DNA of 64,000 nucleotides from Pseudogymnoascus verrucosus (Eukaryota): the NCBI GenBank assembly GCA_001662655.1, contig KV460210.1, one strand, 5' to 3'. The translations under genes and the position numbers were made by a program. Positions 37,868 through 50,534 of this stretch are shown here, piece by piece; position 1 is the first letter of the stretch; every line of letters begins with the position of its first letter. The notes below the pieces were generated by a model. The model had not been told where the DNA came from. It worked only from the letters and a program-made list of their open reading frames with translations, and did not search any database.

Positions 37868-38257
37868 CGATGCGGTTGACGGAGAAAAAGGTACTTAAAA
37901 CAGTGTGGTAATACAAAAACAAGGAAAGACTATTATATATTTAACGCATAGCTCACTCCAAAAGATTCGAGGCGCACGGAGACTGATATTAGAGCTGGCT
38001 TCTTTATATCAGAAGCCAAAGTCGTGGTGAGATAATCGCGGCTAAGGTCACATGACGTCGCGTGGGCCTCAGCCTTGCGCACAGAAATCTCGCAAGGCGC
38101 GCTAGCGCCAATGCTTCAAGCTCTATCTGGGCCAACCTCAACCGCGCGGACCTCGTCTGCAACGCCCACCCCACGATTCCACACAGCCATATCCTCACCC
38201 CTCACGCACAACCCAGGTCTTCATCATTGTCATTAAGCGCCGCGACACGACGCCAAC

Positions 38258-38795
38258 ATGACGAGCACTATCGGTATTCCTATTAAGCTGCTGAACGAAG
38301 CTCAGGTACACCATCCAATTTCTTCAACCCTACCTCGCCCTCTGGTATCTCGAGCAATTGCGGGCACGACAAGACGAGCCGGGGGGATCTAGCCGTAAGA
38401 CTAATCATGCTAATATGTTTCTGTTGCAGGGTCACGTTGTCACACTCGAAATTACGTCCGGACAAGTCTACCGCGGGAAGCTGCTCGAGGCTGAGGACAA
38501 CATGAATGTGCAACTCAAGGATATCACTGTGACGGCCCGCGATGGACGCGTGTCGCATTTGGACCAGGTGTACATCAGAGGGTCGCATGTGAGGTTCTTT
38601 ATTGTGCCGGATATGTTGAGGTAAGATAACCAGGCGTTTGGACTGTGGGGGATACAAGGACGATGCTGATGAGATAACAGGAATGCTCCGATGTTCCGCT
38701 CGAGGGGCGTAAAGGGACGCGGTGTGGGATTGGCAAGAGGAAGGGCAACGGTCAGTCGGGCGAGAGCAAGCGGGAGAGGTGCTCCGAGGGGTTAA
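38258..38795 (+). CDS. smd3: Small nuclear ribonucleoprotein Sm D3
   Basis: [23 protein letters not shown]...[16 protein letters not shown]...[23 protein letters not shown] plus an RG-rich tail. Introns 38306-38429 and 38621-38680. Confidence 0.97.
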
Positions 38796-39124
38796 GCTGG
38801 GATAGGTGGAGATGGATTTGGACATGGTGATGGCGTTCACGGAAAAGCTGCGGGATATGTTAGGGTCTGAAAGAATTACAGTGATCTTTCCCACTTTCAG
38901 GTTTTGTGGGCTGTATTTGTATTGTGTTGTGACTTTAGATTCCGTGATGTTTTCTCGAAGATGTGAATTTATCGCACCATTTATGGGCCGTGGAACGTTG
39001 ACGGATAGTTTGTTACTGTTAGGCCTCTTCCTCATATCCCATGGTTTCAGCAACTACTAGCAACGAGGATAACTAGGACGATGAAGGGGAACAACAAGTG
39101 CGTGTCAAATATATATGTAATTCA

Positions 39125-42100
39125 CTACTTTCTAACCGTGGTATCCTGTGCAGCCGCTTCTATCGCCCTCTTATGTAACAGTTGGCTCACCTCCTCCTCC
39201 AACCTCCTTTTCTCCCGCTCCTCCTCTTCCTTCTCTTGCTCCTCTAATATTTCAGCCTCCGTCGCACCCTTCGTCCCGCTCAGTACATCCCTGCACGCCA
39301 TCTCAAACTTCCTCTTCATTGCCTTATCCTTCTCCAGTTCTTGGAAAACATCCGTATCAACCGGCCAGAACGTCTTGCGTACGCTGGCGACCCCAAACTC
39401 GAAAATCAGGAACGCCGTGAAAGTAACCACACCAGTTATCCACCATGGAAGCGACCCCCCAAAACTCTTGATGAATCCATTGCGTACATTATACGCTAGC
39501 GATTCTTTAGTAGCGTATATATAGTTAAGAACAATATTCCAAAGGGTCCAGAGGGAGATGGAAATAGTAAAAGCGAGTAGTGAAAGGAGAGTTTTATTCT
39601 GTTTCTCAATGAACCTGTAAAGTCACGTTAGCTTTGTGCGAAGGTTAGGAATATGTTGGCGTGAACTTACAGGAGTTTCGTGTTGATGATAACGACGCAA
39701 ATACCGAACGAGAGATCCCCCATCGCAAAAATCCCATCGTCGCCGCTAATAGCAGGCCACGAAAACAGGCTGACCACCATGAAATACACAAGGCCGGCTT
39801 CAAGGGTAGCCATGAACATCCATCCGAAATATTTCCTGATGTTGAACGCCTCGCCACGCTGGCCCTGAGAATACAATTCAGGCACGGCGAGTAAAGTCGC
39901 AGCACTCAAATCCTGCTCGAGAATACCCAAGAAGATGACAGGGAGCGACGTGAACAGCGTGTTGAACATACTCAGACTCCAGGATTCGTAGAAGGAAGTG
40001 CCGGAATACCCATTCCAGCGTTGGTACAGAGCTTGAGTCAGATAAAACAGCATCTCCTTCCAGAAAGTCCCCAGCACGTACTTTCCAGTACGGACGTAAT
40101 TCCAACGGCCGTGGACCAGTAACAGCTTCTGGAGGAAGCGAAACTGAGCTATCGAGTAATCGGAAATGCGCGCTGCTTGCAAGCCCTCCTTTCCTGTGAT
40201 ACCAATACCAACGTGGGCTTCTTGAATCATAGCGATATCGTTGGCGCCATCACCAATGGCAAGGGTGACAGATCCATTGACACGAAGGCGGATCTTCCTA
40301 ACAAGAAGCGCTTTTTGGGACGGTGAGGCGCGGCAGCAAATGACGGAGTCGGCGTGGACCGCAAGACTGAAGAATAGCTGGGATAATGTCTCGTTGGCTT
40401 CAATATCGCTGAGCGTTTGGCCATCAACGACGACAACGGAATGTGCAACTGAACCCTGGCCAATGTCCAAAAGTGACGTGGCCATGAGTTGTTCAACAGT
40501 ACTTAAAGTTGTGTCGAGAATTATCACCTTTGAGTAATCCTTAATAAGACGGCAAGAGTGGCCAATGTTGATGGCCGTCTCGCGCTTATCGCCAGTAAGC
40601 ATCCACAGCTTGATATTCGCTCGTCGAAGTTTCTCAATCGTCTCGGGCACTCCCTTCTGCAATTTGTCTTCAATAGCAGTAGCACCTGCTAGGTCGAAAT
40701 CCTGCTCTATCAAGTCTCCAGCTGCTTCGATCAGTTCCTGCCGATCTACGAGACTCGTAGCCGCATCGTGGTATACTTTCTTCCATACGTTATACTCCTG
40801 TTCATCGATAAATTTGTATCCGTAGAGCAAGGTTCGAAGACCTTCAGTCGCGAAGTCTTCGATGTGTTGAAAGCAGCGCTCAAAAACCGCCGCCTCATTG
40901 ACAGCTAGCGATTCATCGACCATGTGGTCAAAGTATTCGTCTTCATCGATGATCACGGAAGCGAATGACTTCCTAGGCATCTGAAGCGATGTTTTTGGGC
41001 TCGCATATTCAATAGAATTGGCGGCAGAGTGAGGTTCGGTATTAGTTTCGCGGTCCTCAAGCCAAGACTTCATTTCTTCGCGGAATGGCCTGAACCTGTT
41101 CCCAACTCCACTTGTCCTTGGGGCAGCACCTAGACTAGTTCGCGCGAGGTCTAGACTCCTGTTCAAGTCAATGCTCATGCTGTTCCTTGGGCTGCCATTG
41201 TATGCATCACTTCTCCGCCTTAGAGCTTGCTCCGCATCCATGCTCTTGCGCATGCTAGACCTTCGCTCAACTTCCGCCCTTTTCTGTGTGGCGAGGTGGC
41301 TGAGCTTCAATCGCTTCACAACCGCCGAGTCTGCTCCCTTGCAGAACACGCATCGGCGGCCGTCGGGAAAGCGGACTATTATGGACATGCGCTTCCTCTT
41401 ACTGGTGAACTCGATCACATCAAGAACGGTATAAACCTCGACAGTCTCGGGGCCAGTAGATCCGTTAGGGCGGGTCTTCAATGTAATCGTCTGAGCAGCT
41501 CTATCAATGACCATGTAACCAAGATCTTGAGCTGCCCGAACAAGAGCGAGTTCATCCGGTGAGGCGGCTTGAAAATCGATGGTTCCATCTTCCTGTGTCT
41601 CAGGGAGACAGGTGTGGCAAAGTGCCAATGAGAGCAAAAAGAATCTAGCTTTTCGAGCAAACACACCATGCGGCTTGTGGCGCAGGTATTCTAGTAGCTG
41701 TTGTGTCTTCAGCTGGTCCGATTGCGCCCTTATCGATCGTGCTGCAGTTTTCAAAAATTGGGTGCTTGCAAGGGCTCTCTTTCCATACTCAGCTTCCGAG
41801 CTTCTATCATCCGCGCTCGTCGAATCGATGGTATAACGGGTTGAACTCGAGCCTCGTGACTTCCTTGCCTTTTGTTTGCCTTTGCCTGTCGCTTTTCCTG
41901 CCGGCGCCGCTAAGGCAGCTTCCTTCTGAATATCAAAATCGTGGAGCCAAGAGACTCCGGCAACGCTCATCTTACGGAAGCGCATGACGTTATCTGTAAG
42001 AGTTCCCGTCTTGTCGGAGAAGACGTAGCTGATCTGGCCTAGTTCTTCGTTGATAGTTGTAGTATTGGCTTGCATGGGTGTGTCAGAAATCGGGTCGTAC

Positions 42101-43794
42101 ATGTCGATGTCGTTCATGAGTAACAGTTGCCACAACTTAATAATCTCCAAGCTCACGTACAACGAGAGTGGGATCATAGTGTTGAACATAATGATGAAGC
42201 TGGATAGAATTTGCCCAGCTGGTACTCTCGCGCCGGACAGGTACCACGATTTTGACTCGACGTTCTTTGACCAGACCTGGTAAGCAATGGTGCATATACT
42301 TGCCAAGCCAAGGACGAAGAAAACTATAATGATGACAACTCTATTGACAACGAATTGCATGGTAGGCGCCTTAATTCTCGGGTTTTTGTTGGCGTTCATT
42401 CGAATTTTGCACTCCTCTCCAGTATTAACCACCATGCCAATGGCAGTATTTGTGTTGCGAAGAACACTGCCACGGTAAACAATCTCGGCGGTAGTAAGTG
42501 GTAGGGTGTCGCCGTCTACCGTGACTCTGCCCTCAAAGTTGTACAAATCAATATTAGGATCCTCAGCCACAAAGAGCGCATCGCACTTTGCTATGGCATT
42601 CGCATTTTGACACTTGCCCGCCATATTGGGGGACGGTTGCTTGGCTTTGAGGTTGGTTTCGCCGTCCAGCGCCATGGTCTCGATATAGGCGATATTATTC
42701 ACGCCATCAGAATGGAGCAGTACAATATCCGCCGGGACTGCATCGTTTCTGGAAAGTTTAATGATGTTCCCAACCTTGACATCTTGCCACTTGGTAGCCA
42801 CCCAAACATCCGAATCGTCAGAGACAGTTTCGGACTCGGAAACCTCGCGCATAACCTGGGTCTCTCTCCTGTTTTCCGCCTTATCCAACTTATAACGGCG
42901 GACATCATCATAACCCTCCTTCGCCATACTCAAAGTGATGAAGACTAACAACGGAACGATCGTCGTATATGTACCGGTGGTACTCAGTCCTGGGATCATT
43001 TGAAGAATTGAAATAATCAGGAAGTAAAAATTGGCGATCTTCCCGAACTGGAACAAAAGCTGTCTCGGCAAGAAATTCCATAGCGTGTATCTGGAAGAAC
43101 GTATCGAGTTTCCAATGTAGTCCTTGTTTGTTCTTTCGTCCATGCAAGGCCGTCTCCTCGACGGGTCCAGGTATATATGCCGTCCATCTTTACTTGGTGG
43201 AATATCTTGAATTCTAAGAATGCGTTTTCTCAATTCCTTGTATGTCTTCTTGCAGTTCGTCTCAACTTTCGAAATCAGACCATGTTTCCTCTGCTGTATA
43301 ACCCATTGTGAGTAGTTTGGTAGAGAATCAGTCATGAAATTGCTCTTTGACTCTTGTATTGGAGGAAGATCTGCCGCAGGTGCCGCAGCAACTTCAGATC
43401 TTGTATCTTCTTTCTTCTCCTCGATTGGTGCCGCGGTTGGTGGGAATGGGTAGCCATCTTGCGGTGGTTGTGGCGGTCCGCTTTCCGCAAGCTCGATGTC
43501 TTTCGTGGCGACGACACCTCTGGTGAAAAGAGCCCGTCTCAGCGAGTAACCTCGATCGCGCCCGGTTGGAGATATCGGTGACAACGCTGGCGATACGGCA
43601 GGCTGCCATGGTGGTATAGGTGCGGTGTTTGCCCTGGGTAATGGGGTCCTGGATAATGGGCTAAGAGGCGACGGGGTCCTCTGCGCAGAACTTCCTCGGC
43701 CATCAGCTGCCCTGGTGTCTATTGTCAAGTTTTGAGGTGGCGCATTGTTTTCCACGGCGGCAGATGGAGCATCTGCCTTTGGCTCATCTGACAT
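39125..43794 (-). CDS. dnf3: P4-type ATPase phospholipid flippase (Dnf3-like)
   Basis: DGETNLK, phosphorylation motif FSDKTGTLT, FQAASPDE, MLTGDK, IGDGAND. One intron 39615-39670. Dnf3 subfamily assignment is inferred from the long cytoplasmic insertions. Confidence 0.9.
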
Positions 43795-46700
43795 GCTTCG
43801 TATGAGCCGATCCTTAACGCCCTTGGGCCTCCTCCTTCATACGGAGTGGCTTCAGCCAGAGGATTTCTCCAGCAAAGAAGGGTTCCGCTGAGGGTCGCGC
43901 GGGAGCCTTGTCGGTTGTCGGAGAAGAAGGTTGCGCACTCTAATGAAGATGATTATATTTAGTTGGCCGCATTGAATCCCCGGCCGACTTTTAACAAGAG
44001 CGCCGCGTCGTGTCGAATTGGTTGGCTCTCGCTCTGGCTAGATCGACCGACTCGATGTAGGTCGAATACTAAAATCGTTGTCTGAGAGATGTGAGATCCA
44101 GCATTTGAAGCCGCGAAAACGAATGACTTTCGACTCGAGAATTTCGAAGTAATAGTGATAAATAATAGATTAACCCTCAAGAGTAACCATGTAAAAGCGG
44201 ATTATTGTCAGGGAGCCAAGACCAGCGACAAGGTAAAACGACGGCCTTGCCTTCCGACAGTCGGTTGGATAGAGTTGTGGCAGTGCTAAGCCACGTGGTG
44301 GCTGACTAGTAATAGAAAAAGTGGCTGTTCTAGAAATAGTTACTTATTAGCCCCCACTGTCAATTTCCCCGCAACCGGTCGATTCAGCGCCTTCTTTTAT
44401 ATATCAGAGCGGTTCTCTCTTTTGAAAATAGTCGTTTCTTACTCTGATTGATCACCATCGATCCTAATTGATCTCCGTTGATTTTCATTGATATTGATCC
44501 TCATTGTTTGTTACCATGGTATGGTAGGTGACGTACGCTCCACACAACACGAGTCGTCGACACGTCGTCGCCCCCGCAAGTTTACACAGCCCCACGTCCA
44601 CCAACGCCCACGAACGCCCACGAACGCTCACGACAGATCGTTCTTTCCTCGTTTTTTGGTTTTTGGCCCACAAAAGTCATCCCCGCCTCCCCGTATTGCG
44701 CGAGTATTGTGCCGTTGTTTTCGCCTGAGTAACGTTTTTCTCTCGTCATGCCCCCTTCCAGGTGTTTATATGTCTCACAACGCTCCAAAACCAAACTAGA
44801 GGGATTCGGTCAGTAAACACTGGTTGCATAGCACCAGTTGGCAGTAGGGGTCCATGTAGCAACGTTTGAACACAGCGTTGTCTCGGAAACTTTATGCTCC
44901 TGCTTGCATTCGCGCATTGTGTTACAGTGGGGGCGATTTTGGGGACTGAATATCGCCCGGCACGAGACCAAAATGCCAATGATTGAGGGCATGATAACCA
45001 AGATGATAACCAAGTCCAGGGCAGTTTTGATCATTATGCACTTATTTTCTACATCCAACGGGCCGTTGATGATTGATGATTATCAATATTAAAATATTAT
45101 CGCCAATCTATCACTAATATATATCGTAGAGGCTGAAGCGTCCCGTCTTCTCACAACCCGTGCCTCAGGGGTCCTTATTAAGAACCCAATTTCTATATCC
45201 CGTCACTGAACAGGCTCTCCCAGTCATCATCATTTATGCCATCCTAAAGAAGCTACCATCATCCGAACTTCCCTGCCTCATTCCCGTCCTAAATCTAGGA
45301 ACGAGGGTTTAAGGTAGCTAAGAGCATGGTCAGTTTGGCCTCCCGTTCATCGACACCAGGCACTCCCTGTCATCACTATTTTCAGCTACATCTCCCATCT
45401 GTCTCTAACCTCACCATCCTCGATTTCTGGTCACCAGCGTCACTGTCAGACACCTCTGAAACCGCATGACAGCGCTGCATCACGCTCACTCACGCCCAAA
45501 ATCCTGTGCCGGGCCGTTCGTTGCCGTGCAATAGGTACTTCTACCATAGGCACACATACAGCCGCTCAGCACTTCGGCTGTAAGTACTTTCTCACGGCCA
45601 TGCACGAAGGGGAAAAAAGAATCTGGACCGGCCTCGGGCCAGTGGAATTAGGGAACAGGGGGCAAGAGCCCTCGGAGGATTTCCGGTTCATCTACTGCCG
45701 ACAGGCCTTCGTACAATCCCCAACCGGCCATCCGCCGTGATAGACCCGGTCTGAAAGCCATCGATCGATGCAAGTGGACGCATCGCGGGCAAAAAGACAC
45801 AGAAAGGCTAGACCTCAACGACCTTGGCGCAACGTGGCGAATAGATTGGAGACACCGGAGATGTTGGTTGTTGATATATGATATACTATCGGGGCGGCGA
45901 GGGCACATACCCCGCACTGAAACTTGTGATGATGTGTATGAGGTCGGGAAGTTTTGGGAAGGCGCGGGGATCATATGGATAATCCGCGCGGGCGATGTGT
46001 TTCGGGAGTTACGACAACGCTTGGCGGGCGTGTCGCCTCACTACTCGAGGAGCTGCGTGGCTAGTTTATTAAGATGGCAAATATACTCTAGGGGTAGCAC
46101 TGTAGGTGCCCAGGGAGTGTTAGATTGTGGCTCGTGGTCCTGTGGTCCGTAGGGCAATCTCAAGAAAACACCTTCCCCTTTAACGCTGACGACATTAGCG
46201 ATCGCAGGGCGGGAAAGGACCTGGATTGGATTTCAATAGTTCCATATAGCTCCGCTGCCAGTCAATGGATTGGGCGTTGTGCTCTTAGGCACATTCCTGA
46301 AGTATTCGGCATCCCCTGTCCGCGCATGAGGTCCAGCCTGGCCCATTAGAAAGTCGGTCAGTGAGGTAGGTCGTGTAACAGCTGTGAATCACCGCATGTT
46401 GTCAACAGCCCAACAGTTGTTAGAAGAGGAGTGTTCCAATTAAAGTGTTTACAGTCTATATAATTCTACCTGAAAAGCCAAAAGATGTGCGGCGCGAGCC
46501 AATGAACGCAAAATTATTACTGTAGCTCGTAAATTACAAGGTTGACCATGCCTGTCTGGAATACCGTAGGAAAATGAAAATGCAAAATAGTGATGCGATT
46601 GGACCGAAGGGGGTATTCCGTTCTATAACCTGTTGTCATATCGCCCATTCCTCAAAATAACCTCCCTCATAAACCGCGTAGCGAATGTTATAGACAAAGG

Positions 46701-47087
46701 AAAGAAGTCGAGGTCCTGCCCGAGCGTATTATGTAGTGTGCGGCGAGATTTGAAAATAGTATGCGTAGCTGTCGTCGTCGCCGTCTTCGTTTCCGCCTGT
46801 GGATGCCCATATATGTTTTTTTTTCCTCCGGGCCAATTTGCCATCTATCCCATTCAATTCGTATTCACTCTGTCATCAACCAACCGCCAAACTCCGTATC
46901 CGTGCCATCATATCCTAATATCCCCTAAATACCTCTCAAGTGAAAGATCCCTAAGGTCCTCCTCGTTTCTAGAATCACCACTCTCACTGTCATTGTCGCT
47001 GTCGCTGTCGCTATCCTCAGCAAGATCTGAATACCCTTGATTGTCCCCGAACTCAGAAGCTTGCGCTCCTGTTGGAGACGCTGACTG

Positions 47088-47971
47088 CTATAATTCATCT
47101 GCCTTCTCCCGGCACGCTGCCGGCGTAAAGCCTGTCCCCACCTTGCCTGCAACGATACGCCACTTCTCCTGCTCATAGTCTTGAAGTGCGACACGAAGCT
47201 TCTGAACCTAAAGTAGAACAATGTTAGCTAGTAAATTTGCAAAGGCGGGGTTATTCTTACGGTTTCATCGGTCCACTGCGTAGTCTTAGCTTTGAGCTTC
47301 GTACAGTAGCGTACTTGCAGTGTTCCAGATGATCGTCCAGGGAAAAACTCGGCAATTTGCTTCCAGGTCAAAGATTTGTTCTCTTTGAGGTCGACGAGCA
47401 GTTGGTCATCTTCGGGTGTGAACTTCAGCTTCGGTCCGCGCGGCTTCTGAGCTGGCGATGGCATCCCGGGTTGGCCGACTACGCTTGGGGCGCCTTGAGA
47501 CATCATTGAATCATCAGCACCATGTCTTGACATTTTCGACGGCCGTCCCGAGTCCGGAATGTGATGGTGATGATGGTGCTGCGGGGGTGGAGGCTGGCCG
47601 TACCCCACCATACTTTGCTGTCCCAGAGATTCCAGGCCATCGTCCTCCAGTCCTAGATTCATATCCAGCTCCTCGTGTGGCCGCACTCTCTTCAGACTTG
47701 ACGGGCGCTGCTGGCTTGGAGTACCGTATGTTAGATGCTGACCGCTTCTGCTGAAGTGCGGCTGACCGGCGAGCTGGGCCATGGGATCTCCAAGCAGCAT
47801 GGGTTGGTGGTGATGCTGCGACTGCTGCCCACCAAGGTCTTGCAGCGAGTCATGGTTTTGAGCGCCAGCGTGTTGGAGCTGTTGATGATGCTGCTGTGGC
47901 TCGTACAAATGCTGTTGTTGGGTGCCTTCGTCCGCATTTGATACTTGTGCAGAGTAATTGTAGCCCGGCAC
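47088..47971 (-). CDS. Myb/SANT two-repeat transcription factor (start codon uncertain; first in-frame ATG is at 47800)
   Basis: KFTPEDDQLLVDLKENKSLTWKQIAEFFPGRSSGTLQVRY and WTDET|VQKLRVALQDYEQEKWRIVAGKVGTGFTPAACREKADEL*, joined by intron 47208-47260. TAG at 47090-47088. Confidence 0.9.
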
Positions 47972-49609
47972 TACTCGATATGGTGCCGCCAGTGTGCATG
48001 GATTCTTCCAGAGCGGATCGCTCTGGCAGCTTGCCGAAAATGAGAAATGTGGGAGAAGTATGGTGCTTGTTTGGTGATGTTTCTGAATCTCGCGAAGCTT
48101 ATCGCGTGTGTTTGGTGTTTTCCACGGTGGGTGATTTTGTTGTGGTCTATATCAGACTTTATTATAGGAGGGTCAACCGAGTTTGTTTCCTTTCACGTAA
48201 ACAAATAGGCTGAAGGATGTGCGGTAGGCGGGAGTAATATAGATATAGCTAGTATCAAGAGCGGAGGAAGATCGAGGATATGGCAACTTATTATATGGGG
48301 TGGCCCTTGATCCGATATTCCACATGCCAAGCAGACGACTGAGAGATCTCCCCCATAGAGTACAACGATCTATGCGCCAGGCGGATAACCTAATTACTGG
48401 CATTAAAGCGAGCCCTCGAACTCGCTGGGGAGCTGGGATGAGACAGAGCCTGATGGTGGGTTGTGGCGTGTGTGGCTATCCTTGGAGTACCGGTCATGGA
48501 TGCGGTGGTTCTTGGGCATTGCCGTATGCATAATCCGTGGATCCCCTCCTCTAGGGTCCTGGCCCAAAGTGGACTCTCTAACTATGCTGGTATCCATTGC
48601 AATCCCAGGGCTTCCAGGCACCCGCTGACCGCATTATTGTAGGGCAAGCAGGGGGGAGAGGGGCGATGATCAGATTGGCTTTTCCCGATATGGGGGTCAA
48701 ATTGCCAACTATGTGAAAGAACAGGAAGGGGTTCCCATCGAGCATGAAGTCTGGAAACAAAAGGGAGGCTGATGCGACGCGGCGGGGCAACGGCATCGAA
48801 GAATCTGAGGGAGACGTGTGTGGCGTGGGAGTATGAAACCAGTGCCACATTGTGACTCGGACGAGCAGAAAGGGGGCAGGAGACACGTGGGAATGCAAAT
48901 ACTACCGCGGCCTCCAGGCGGCTATCGGATAGAACACCATTCCTTCTGTCACTTCTTGCTTATTCCTCTGCAGACAGACACACTCTGGTCCCGTGTAAGG
49001 AAGGTACTATTGAATCCCACGCCGGGCATACTTTTCGTCCTGATTCAGGGAGCACCGTTGAACACATCCCTGCCCCCCTAAAGTGTAGTTAGCAACAATT
49101 CTGTAAGGTACTGGTGCTAGTGAACGCCAACGCAGCCCACACTAAAATTGGTGATGTACTGAAATACAGGTACAGTGCAAATTCACACGGGTGACATGGA
49201 TGACAGGCATGGCCTTCTCCTTTTCCACAGGAACGCGGCGAAATATCACGGAGATGACGTGATGAAACGGTCCAATGGATACTTAGGGCGGAGAATTCGT
49301 CCCATGGGGTCTAGGGTTGGCCGTGGAGATTGTCAAGGCTTTTTTTGCTGGTGGCCACGTTGGATTTCCCTATGGAGACAAGAATAGCCACGAGAAGAGT
49401 TATCTTACTTTGGTAGGCGTAGTGAGGCACGAGAGACCCAGCATTAATCCCACTCAATCCCGCCTCACTAACGCTACCGAGCCGTAGTGAGACATTACCA
49501 CGAGGTCCGATGAATAATCTGGGGACGATGATGGTGATCGCTACCTGCCTGCGCAACATTAGGGCGAAGTACCGAGTTAACCCCGGCAACATAGAGTCCA
49601 GTAGTTTCT

Positions 49610-49780
49610 CATTAGTTCAAGTAGTTCAAGTAGTTCAGTCTGACCAGTCTGACCAGTCTGACTACAGTTGTTCTGGTGCGAATCTGGTGCAAATTATGTA
49701 TGTACAAAGCATCCAAACGCCACAAGTCGCATGCTCCTAGTACATCCAGTATTGTGGTTATTGTGGTTATTGTGGTTCTT
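49610..49780. repeat. Triplicated 9-mers (TAGTTCAAG)n, (TCTGACCAG)n and (TTGTGGTTA)n
   Basis: Directly visible in the long upstream region of the Myb gene. Confidence 0.75.
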
Positions 49781-50534
49781 GCAACGCGTATACAGGACGC
49801 CCTGCCTGTAAAATGAAACTATTGTCGAATGAGCATCTTTGCGTCCGAAGCTACTACGTAGCTGTGGTTCATGTGGGCAATCGATATCCTTGGCCTTAAT
49901 CTGTGTCGGTATTACCGTCCGCTCGCCGTCAATGCCATACACGGCGAGTTTCATGCGTGCTAATTTCTGTTAAAGCATAGTCCGGTCAGGCGTCCAAACA
50001 ACACGGCCCGTACCAAACAAAAATCGGAGTTCGATCATTACTGTTAAGATTGCGTTTACATGCGCTTCAATGGAAGTTCAATAGAAGGAAAAGAATGACG
50101 GAATGATGAAATGACGAGTCGACTAAAATCCTATTCTTGTCAAGCCCCTGTCCAGCTATTTCTGTTCGCGCGCACGCCCGGAAATTTCACTACCGTTAGA
50201 AGAGGTCATCACCGTCAATGCATACACTCTGGTAAATATCGTCGCGTTCCAAAATTATGCCCCTCCAGCACGGCGTCAAGCCACCGCGTGCTCAATAATG
50301 ACTTATCAATCAGGTTCATAATCGATAGTGCGCTAGAGTGTGTATATTTTTGGGAATCTAAACCGAATTCAATCAATACATATGGTAAAGTACAGTACAC
50401 AATATTACACTACAGCCCTGCCCAGGCGCCCGCAAACGCCCCTTAAATTGTCATGTCCCATCCCAAGCCACAATCCATGCCTTGACGCGTAGAACGATCC
50501 AAATTGCTTCTAGAAGCTCGCAATCTTATAACCA

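Noticed and set aside
49610..49780. Short repeats resembling a CRISPR-like array
   Set aside because: They are direct tandem 9-mers without spacers in a eukaryotic genome, consistent with slippage repeats.
43800..50530. Telomerase RNA gene in the long intergenic regions
   Set aside because: I found no TAACCCTAA-type template on either strand by eye, only partial matches such as TTAACCCTCAA near 44170.
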